A stretch of DNA of 64,000 nucleotides from Enoplolaimus lenunculus (lineage: Eukaryota), in assembly GCA_030248215.1 (NCBI GenBank), contig JASANG010002570.1, positions 310,001 to 374,000 on the forward strand, given 5' to 3'. The notes beneath the pieces were generated by a model that worked only from the letters and a program-made list of their open reading frames with translations, had not been told where the DNA came from and did not search any database. Positions 54,998-64,000 of the stretch are shown one piece after another (the first letter of the stretch is position 1; each line of letters begins with the position of its first letter). The position numbers and the translations under genes are program-made.

Positions 54998-57420
54998 CCA
55001 ACCCAGGGTAAATCTAGGCGTTTAAATTTTCCACTTTTCCCATTTTTCAACCAAAACCTATGCTTCATATTTTCTCTACCAACCTAAGGTGAATCTAGGC
55101 CTTTAAATTTTCCACTTTTCCCGTTTTCAACCAAAACCTATGCTTCTGATTTTCTTTACCAAGCCAGGGTAAGTCTAGGCATTAAAATTTTCAACTTTTC
55201 CCGTTTTCCCACCAAAACCTATGCTTCAGATATTCCCCACCAACCCAGGGTAAATCTAGGCATTGAAATTTTCCACTTTTCCCATTTTCCAACCAAAACC
55301 TATGCTTCAGATTTTCCCTACCAACCTAAGGTAAATCTAGGTCTTTAAATTTTCCACTTTTCCCATTTTCCAACCAAAACCTATGCTTCAGATTTTCCCT
55401 ACCAACCGAAGGTAAATCTAGGCCTTTAAATTTTCCAGTTTTCCCGTTTTCCAACCGAAACCTATGCTTCAGATTTTCCCTACCAACCTAAGGTAAATCT
55501 AGGCCTTTAAATTTTCCACTTTTCCCATTTTCCAACCAAAACCTATGCTTCAGATTTTCCCTACCAACCGAAGGTAAATCTAGGCCTTTAAATTTTCCAG
55601 TTTTCCCGTTTTCCAACCAAAACCTATGCTTCAGATTTTCCCTACCAACCTAAGGTAAATCTAGGCCTTTAAATTTTCCACTTTTCCCGTTTTCCAACCA
55701 AAACCTATGCTTCAGATTTTCCCTACCAACCTAAGGTAAATTTAGGCCTTTAAATTTTCCACTTTTCCCGTTTTCAACCAAAACCTATGCTTCAGATTTT
55801 CTTTACCAAGCCAGGGTAAGTCTAGGCATTAAAATTTTCAAATTTTCCCGTTTTCCCACCAAAACCTATGCTTCAGATATTCCCCACCAACCCAGGGTAA
55901 ATCTAGGCATTGAAATTTTCCACTTTTCCCATTTTCCAACCAAAACCTATGCTTCAGATTTTCCCTACCAACCTAAGGTAAATCTAGGTCTTTAAATTTT
56001 CCACTTTTCCCATTTTCCAACCAAAACCTATGCTTCAGATTTTCCCTACCAACCGAAGGTAAATCTAGGCCTTTAAATTTTCCAGTTTTCCCGTTTTCCA
56101 ACCGAAACCTATGCTTCAGATTTTCCCTACCAACCTAAGGTAAATCTAGGCCTTTAAATGTTCCACTTTTCCCATTTTCCAACCAAAACCTATGCTTCAG
56201 ATTTTCCCTACCAACCGAAGGTAAATCTAGGCCTTTAAATTTTCCAGTTTTCCCGTTTTCCAACTAAAACCTATGCTTCAGATTTTCCCTACCAACCTAA
56301 GGTAAATCTAGGCCTTTAAATTTTCCACTTTTCCCGTTTTCCAACCAAAACCTATGCTTCAGATTTTCCCTACCAACCTAAGGTAAATCTAGGCCTTTAA
56401 ATTTTCCACTTTTCCCGTTTTCCAACCAAAACATATGCTTCATATTTTCCCTACCAAGCCAGGTTAAATCTAAGCATTAAAATTTTCCACTTTTCCCGTT
56501 TTCCAGCTAAAACCAATGCTCCAGATTTTCCCTACCAACCCAGGGTAAAATCTAGGCATTTCAATTTTCCACTTTTCCCGTTTTCCAACCAAAACCTATG
56601 CCTTACGCTTGAATTTTCCACTTTTCCCATTTTCCAACCGAAACCTTTGCTTCAGGTTTTCCCTACCAACCCAGGTTAAAAATCTAGGCGTTGGAATTTT
56701 CCACTTTTCCCGTTTTCCAATCAAAACCTATGCTTCAGATTTTCCCTACCAACCCTGCGAAAAAATCCAGGCATTAGAATTTTCCACTTTTCCCGTTTTC
56801 CAACCAAAACCTATGCTTCAGATTTTCCTTACCAACCCAGGGGAAATCTAGGCATTAGAATTTTCCACTTTTCCCGTTTTCCAACCAAAACCTATGTCCT
56901 ACGCTTGAATTTTCCACTTTTCCACTTTTCCCGTTTTCCAACCATCGCTTTAGATTTCTCTACTAACCAAGAAAATATCTAGGCATTTCAATTTTCCACT
57001 TTTCCTGTTTTCCAACCAAAACCTATGTTTCAAATTTTCCCTACCAACCCAGGGTATAACAAATCTAGGCATTAGAATTTGCCACTTTTCCCGTTTTCCA
57101 ACGGAAACCTTTGCATCAGGTTTTCCCTACCAACCCAGGTTAAAAATCTAGGCATTGAAATTTTCCACTTTTCCCGTTTTCCAATCAAAACCTATGCTTC
57201 AGATTTTCCCTACCAACCCAGCGAAAAAATCCAGGCATTAGAATTTTCCACTTTTCCCGTTTTCCAACCAAAACCTATGCTTCAGATATTCCTACCAACC
57301 CAGGGGAAAATCTAGGCATTAGAATTTTCCACTTTTCCCGTTTTCCAACCAAAATCTATGCTTCAGATTTCCCTACCAACCCAGGGTAAAATATAGGCAT
57401 TAATAATTTTCCTACCAAAT
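54998..57420. repeat. 81-bp tandem satellite, about 30 copies (right arm of foldback)
   Basis: CCTATGCTTCAG recurs at 55299, 55380, 55461 and onward; unit TTTTCCACTTTTCCC.TTTTCCAACCAAAACCTATGCTTCAGATTTTCCCTACCAACC..AGGTAAATCTAGGCCTTTAAA. Confidence 0.95.
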
Positions 57421-59003
57421 CAGCGGAAAATTTAGCCGTCATACAGGAGTGGCTGCGCTGCACTCCTGGTTATAAGTTTTCCACCGTGGAAAACTGGAAG
57501 CCCCTGTGCTATACATTGGCCAAAAATGCTTACCAACTGGATGAACCAGCAACGCCATTTTTGCATTACAATAATCATGCTTAAAGTTATATTTCGTTGG
57601 AGTTTAGCATGTTTACTTGCTTCGCTCACGAGAGTTTATTTCCTTCTCAGAGATGCATAAAATGGTCGTTACCACATATTGGCCATTGTAAGACTGTCAA
57701 TTTCTTGACCGAGACAACGGCAATCTTATGACTTACACGCACAGTTATCCAGTACTGATGTATACTGTAATGATCCGAATAAGAGGGGAATAATATAACG
57801 AGTGGGTACTCATTATGAACTGGGACAGTCCGAAAAGTAAACATGGGCCAGATTCTGTACACTCAAAATAATATTTCTGATATTTAAGAAAACATTTCTT
57901 ACATTTGAGAAATATGCTTAGCAAGGTGCACTTGAAAAGTTTTTCTGTTATAACAGAAATGTTTTCAAAAAAATGTTCTGAAATAAAGTCTGAAAATAAA
58001 CGTTTTCCTGTTTTTTTAGAAAAATTGTCTTAAATATCAGCAAAAGTTTTCAGATTTGCCACAGAAAACACTTTTCTGAATAAATTCAAAAATACTTTTT
58101 TGTGCGTATCACTAAAACTAGAGTCTGCTAATGAATAGAGACTATAGGTCCTAATTAGCGTCCACTAATGAGACCAACGCAGAAGAATGGCGTAGATGGC
58201 TGAAATCACTTTTTATTTAATTCAGAAAAAAATTAATGGACATGACAGACCAATAAAAACGCTTCGGAGCAAGTCAGCTATGCCCAATGAAAAGGGTATC
58301 AAACGAAGAGTGTTGCTAACTAACATACAGTGAGAACAGTAGCGGATTCAAAGGGGGGGAACTGAGGGGATGCACGCCCCCGTCAAAATTTTTATGTGAT
58401 AAAATGGTAAGGTTCCTACCATATGTACAATATTTTGTCGCAGAATTTCTTTGCAAAAAAATACAATTTTTTACCCTCAGAAATTTTTTAGTAATAAAAC
58501 CTTACAGCTTTTCGCCAGATAAAATTTTTTGGTGATAATATGATTGTGGCCTTACAAATTTTGCATTTCATAACATTTGCCAGCCCTCTCCCCTCCGTCA
58601 GAAATTATCCGATCCGCCTCTAGGCAAGAAAGCAAATAACACTCCGTAACCGCAAACAAGCGGGTGCCCTCTGGAGCGGCTAAATAAATAATCCCCTTTT
58701 ATTCAGGTCACTACAGTAAATGCAGTGCCGCATTTAGAACTTTAGGTATATCATTTACCGCGAAACCTTAATCTGTGCCTTTTAACTCTTTTTAAACCAC
58801 ATTGTAATCCGTATTCATATTTCGCGTAATATCTTTCGTTCTATTTCAAAGGTTCTACACCGCAAGATTTGGCCTATTTCTCACTCTAATTATTCCCTAA
58901 GCGACAGAAAATGTTGATATTGTTTTAGAAGCAATTTATGGCAAACTTAAAGCATCCTCTGCTAGTTTTTAGTCTTGTATTCACAATTAATCGCCGCTTT
59001 ATA

Positions 59004-59210
59004 CACTGCAAAAAATGGTGAGTCAAATTGATTCCCTCCGAAATAGGCTCTACGGGACTCTACATAAACTGAGTCAAATTCGACTCCGCCAGAGTCAAAT
59101 TCGACTCACTAAGTCGCACGATGACTCTGGCGGAGTCACATTTGACTCAGTTTGTGTAGTCCCGTAGAGCCTATTTCGGAGAGTCAGTTAGACTCCCAAT
59201 TTTTGCAGTG
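59004..59210. mobile_element. Palindromic TA-flanked MITE (CACTGCAAAAA termini; Tc1/mariner-like)
   Basis: TA-CACTGCAAAAA...TTTTTGCAGTG-TA with GAGTCAAATTCGACTC repeats. Copies at 26690-26898 and 37459-37658; partial copies at about 29553-29665, 42434-42552 and 53415-53592. Confidence 0.85.
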
Positions 59211-61044
59211 TACTAAGAAAGGGTGGTAACAGTAGTTTTTTACCATAGCATTAAACGCGTGGGCTAATTGATCATGTCCACCCATCTTTGAATTGCTGAA
59301 TATCCGACAGTTATGTTGTACTTTAGTCGCATCCGTTTCCGGTTCAACTAATTTTTCTTTGATCTTTAGTTTTCTTTGTATACTTTCCTTTTTCTGTTTT
59401 TTAAAAAAATCGCTCATTAATAAAAGCAAGAGTGCATGATAACAAGAGTGTGCAACTCTTGGGGTCCGCATGGTACAAAATGTACCTCCGGGCGTTGCGT
59501 TTTTGGCCGATTCCCCCCTTGTTTAGATGGGGTGGCTATCACATGAATACCCCTAAATGAAAATATAACAGTAGCATGTTTGACGCCGCATACATAGTGT
59601 CATGGTTCGCTCCGGTTGTACCCCCCTCTAAATAAAGGGAAGTGCGGCAAAAACGCAACGCGACTGGGTACATCCTTTTCTACGCAGGATGTACCCAGTT
59701 GCACACTCTTGTAAAGAGTCATTATCGACTCTTGATTAAACCAAGAGTGGATGATCACTCTTTAACAAGAGTGTGAAAGGACCCAAATTTGTGTTGTACA
59801 AAATATACCACCGGGCGTTGCGTTTTTGACCGACCCCCCGCTTTATTTAGAGGGGGGTAGTTGATTTTTGAGACGTAGAATGCGCATGCTATTAAAATTA
59901 TAAACAGAGTTAGTTTACAACTGCAAAATTTAAAGGTATGAAAATAAAAAATCGTCAAACCTGACCCCCCCTTAAATAAAAAAGAGGTAGGCCCAGAACG
60001 TAACGTGCGCTGGGTACATTGTTTTCTACACAGAAGGTATGCAGTTGCACACGCATGATGGAACCATTATTCACTCTTGATTAAACCAAGAGTGAATAAT
60101 CACTGTTAGGCCAGAGTGTGCAACTGCTGGGGTTCTACATGGGGCCACAGTCACTACTTGAACCACACTGTAAACATAAGCTTGAAGAAGGTAATCGCAA
60201 CAACTTGAGATTAAATTGAAAATATTACTGTTTAGTAACACCTTAAGGGCGCGATGGTGAAAAAGCTTGCAAGAGCAACAAGCCAGACCCAATTTTAGTT
60301 CTAAATGTTAATATACAATATAGGTTTTCCGGCCAAATTTTACTTTTAGGGGCGTAACAGTAGATTAAGCGTATTCCTAAGCCTAAGCCTAAGCGTTAGC
60401 GTTGCAAGAAGGTATTCCTAAGCCTAAACCTAATCCTAAGCCTAAGCCGAAGCAAAAAATGTAATCTAGAACCTAAACCTACTATTTTATAGACCCAGCA
60501 GAAACCTGGACCCCCCCTTAAAGTGACATGGATCGCTCGAGCGATAATGCAAGGTTATACATAGGAATGTACTTTCAAAACTTAACGCTTTAAAGTTTCG
60601 AACCCAACTTTTTGTGGTCCTGGAGTCTATCATGCGCTACAATTAGGGATAATTGACATTTATGGACTCTAATTAGGGGTTAGAGACTCTATACGCTTAC
60701 GGACGCGTATTAGGGATACAGACTCCTATTGCTTGGGACTCAAAATGGGGACCTCCCTCTAATTACACCCCCTCTTGTTTGGATGACTACAGTAAGTGCA
60801 CGTATTTTCAAATGTGTGTAGCACCTATCGCCAGTTGATCATGGGTGTCCAGTTGTTCAAACCAACGACTGGTAAAAACGTCAAAATTTACCACAGGTCA
60901 CGAATTATATAATCCATGCTACTGCTCAAAATTTCCGATGCCTAGCTGCATGCGTTCATCAATTTGAAAACCTCATCGCTAACTGGTAGTAGGTGCTATA
61001 TGCATTTGAAAATATAGACTCCGGTTTCAGCTTTAATAATATAG

Positions 61045-61948
61045 ATGATGTTATGTCTCAAATGTTCGCTAGTGATAAATACAAGCTTGCTTATCGTAGG
61101 CCTCACGCTAAGCGCGATTAGCTTGGACCAGTTTGGTTTTGGCCTATATTTGGTTCTTATTGGTTTTGTCGGCCTTATGATTAGCGTTACGTTTTGTTTA
61201 CTTGGAACAACGGACAGCAATACACAACCGATGGCTGCTGCTATTTTAGACCGCTTTGGAGTCACAGGTAAAACTGTAACCCTGTCCGTCATACATTGTC
61301 ACGAACAATCTGGTGTCATTGCACGCGTAACGCAAAATCTCTGCAAGACTTTAAATGTACCATAAGCTGTTTCTGGCCAAATAACCATAATACCTAAAAT
61401 ATCACTTCAGTTCACGATAATTTATGGTTGTGCTTCTGGTTGCTAACTCGCCGTCTACATCGTACACTGGCCTGTGGAAGCATTTTCGTCTTAATATCGC
61501 ATTTAGCCTGCTCTCCAGCGTTGGTTTTGTCTTTTAAGCAAACTTTTACTGATTTTCAGGTCTCTAAGCTAAACGCATCATTTTTCATCATGAGCACAAT
61601 TTATGATAGGCGAATCGTTTATTTTTTATAAAAACTGTTTTATTTTCAGTTGGAAAACCGCCCGAACATCCAGCGGATCGTTTACTGGCTGCTAACCGGA
61701 AAAGATCCTACCTGGTGTCGCTCGTTGCAAACCGTCAACGATATCCGGATCTCCGTGTCGCGTCAGAGGGCAGCGCAGCTCCGGTCAAAACCGGATCTTC
61801 AACTTTAAGGAAAACGTCTTCCGGTTATCCTACGCTTGAAACGTCACAATTTGTTTCTGGTACTACCGAAAATCAGCATACCTTGCTAGCATATGCTAAG
61901 CGTCCATTAGCTATGAAAATATCAGCACCTCTAACAATTGGAGTGTGA
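61045..61948 (+). CDS. Candidate two-exon gene for a small membrane protein (about 173 aa), family unknown
   Basis: Exon 61045-61267 has two hydrophobic segments and an AG|GTAAAA donor in phase 1. It joins a TTTTCAG acceptor at 61650 in the frame of ORF 61715-61948. A TTTCAG lies 14 nt upstream of the ATG. No homology recognised. Confidence 0.45.
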
Positions 61949-62039
61949 GAGTCAGTCAAGTTCGCAGCTGGTTCAAATATTTTCGGAGGAAAGCGAAAAC
62001 ATTTTTATGACCGGTGTGCAAGGCATTTCAAATGGCTTT

Positions 62040-62287
62040 CACTGTAAATTCCAATGAGTTGATTAATCAAATCAGCTAGCGAGTTGATTATTTCTGAATT
62101 AATATCAGTAAACATTTACTCACTCTCAGTTCAGTTAACGTTTACTCTGAGTTAAGTTGACTCTGGATGAGTTGATTAACTAAGAAGGAAAAGAATCAAA
62201 TCATAATTCTGAGTTCTGATGGTCTTAACTCAGACTGAGTAATTCAACTCATTCTGTGTTAAAATCAACTCACTGAAATTTACAGTG
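62040..62287. mobile_element. MITE with CACTGTAAATT termini and AACTCAG/CTGAGTT internal repeats
   Basis: Copies at 24219-24466 and 28322-28567. Confidence 0.8.
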
Positions 62288-63528
62288 TACAATCGGGGAT
62301 AAAAACTTGTCGAGTGAAAGGAGCAAAATTCTTCTAGTGAACCCAGCCCTGTGACTTTCTCCAGCTACGAGCCCGAGCCCGTAATCAGAGACGCTCGATG
62401 TGTTGCAGCCTCGAAAACTTTAGACCCTTCAGTGTTTGCTGCCCACGATGAAAATTGTTTGAGCGTCGACGGGATATTTTTTGGCAGAAACGGTTTTTGA
62501 AACAAAATCAGTCTTGTAGTAGCGTTCCGTTACACTAGCGATTCATTTTAGAGTTTCTCAGCTTACAAAAAACGTTTATGAAAAATGCTAATTGAAACGT
62601 ACTAAGCGTTTAGCATTTTATGATTTGACATGAGCTGGGTTTCCAAATTGTGACTTAAAAGTTATATTTAAGTAATAAGTTGACGACTTAAAAAACTTTA
62701 GTTACGAGCAAAATCAAAGAAACGCCAAATGCAAGCCATTGTCATAACAAGAAAGTAATTGCTTTTCGAAATATTTTAAGAAGGCTCCGTGAGTGTACAA
62801 TTTCAATTAGATTAAGGTTAGTATGCCTGAATGGTTAATTTGTTCATCTATCAAATTTAGTAAGCGACTTAAGTATTTACTTAACTTAAGTTAATCTTGT
62901 TTTAGAATTTTGGCTTCTTTCCTGCTTGATAGGGGACGTGGACCTGGGTGACCTCTCTTTTTGTCAGCAAGTGTGAATATTTAAAATGCAAGAAAATGAA
63001 ATAAAATGTTCGAAATATACAACACAGGCGAAAAATATCGCACCATCCGATCTTGAGTGTAGGTTTTGCCAAGTTTGGTCCAATGTATTGCACCCTGAAG
63101 GATCCTTTAATTAATATGGGCCTTTTAAACAGTTGGTGTTAAAAAACAATCACCCCGGCCAGCAAGACAAATCCCACTTTATACAAAATCGTCATTTCTT
63201 ATAAATCAACAAGAAAGTATTCAACCATCCATAAAGCTGAATATAAATATATTCTTTGAAAGTATTCTAAATTCTGTATAGCACCTAGTCCAGAGTGAAA
63301 AGTAATAGATTCTGAAAAAATTAAGTACTAAGAATGTTCGTCATCTGAAATTTTGCATAACAGAGAAGATTGAAATAAAAATAACTTTGGGGCTGAACTT
63401 CAAACCTCACACCTATAATTGGTTCATACGTTGCGTGACCTATCGCCAACTAGAAATAGGGGCTATACGAATCTGAGACAATTCGTCGACCGACAATTTT
63501 GTCGCCCAACAGTGTCGTCTAAATCGTA

Positions 63529-63798
63529 TTAACCCCTTCTCACATTGAGTTGCCTATAGGCAACTCAGCGCGGTGTATATACATTAAATAGTATATATCG
63601 TACCGTGTTTAACAATTGCGACACGTATGCATAGTACTAAATCTCCACAAGACGTGAGAGCCCCCTCGGGCTCGAGCATCAAGCTCCTATAGCTGAGTGG
63701 TGATGGTATACGCCTCCCACTCCGATCACTGGAGTTCGAATCCAGCATAAAAGTAGGTCTCAGGGGAAATAGAAAATATCAATGTGAGAAAGGGTTAA
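63529..63798 (+). mobile_element. piggyBac-type tRNA-like MITE, nested within another inverted-repeat element (about 63460-63940)
   Basis: TTAA on both sides with the same internal sequence; the flanks contain mutually inverted GTCGACCGACA/TTGTCGCCCA motifs. Confidence 0.86.
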
Positions 63799-64000
63799 TA
63801 AACCTAAGCATAATCCTAAGCGTATTTGTAAACCTAAGCCTAAGCATAATGATGGGCGACGAATTGTCGAGTCGATAATATTTTCAGATTACAAGGTGTC
63901 GGTCGACGAGTTGTCGGGCGACTAATTGTCGTCATACCGTGCTATACATCTGACGGCCAAAGAACAGAGCCGGAACAGTACTATAAGCATATTCCTAAGC

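Larger units (their letters stand above)
53762..57521. mobile_element. 3.76-kb non-autonomous foldback DNA transposon (GGCC termini, 8-bp TSD; Merlin-like)
   Basis: About 90-bp imperfect TIRs starting GGCCCATGTATAG and ending CTATACATTGGCC; perfect flanking duplication AAAAATGC (53754-53761, 57522-57529); inverted 81-bp arrays inside; no transposase ORF. Confidence 0.88.

Noticed and set aside
54480..54998. Transposase gene in the centre of the foldback element
   Set aside because: No ORF of useful length; contains a fragment of an hAT-like MITE end and unrecognised sequence.

Overview
Eukaryotic, intron-rich, AT-rich genomic DNA, most likely from a nematode (inferred from abundant interstitial TTAGGC repeats and TTTCAG/TTTTAG acceptors). 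Three well-supported genes: (1) a very large minus-strand DOT1L/Dot1 histone H3K79 methyltransferase (about 19 exons, over 3,000 codons, running off the left edge) whose post-catalytic four-exon module is tandemly duplicated in frame; (2) a 12-exon plus-strand GDA1/CD39 NTPDase (about 503 aa, all five apyrase conserved regions); (3) an intronless 750-aa MFSD8/CLN7-like MFS transporter. There is also one candidate two-exon orphan membrane protein. Introns and intergenic DNA are filled with short non-autonomous elements, often nested. The most notable are: a GGCC-ended, 8-bp-TSD (Merlin-like) family that carries different tandem-repeat cargos (telomeric TTAGGC, a GGGACAG minisatellite, and an 81-bp satellite in a 3.76-kb foldback); piggyBac-type MITEs carrying a tRNA-like Pol III promoter; and TG..CA solo-LTR-like units that also carry a tRNA-like core. 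All calls are from manual reading. Homology statements rely on remembered family motifs, not on searches.
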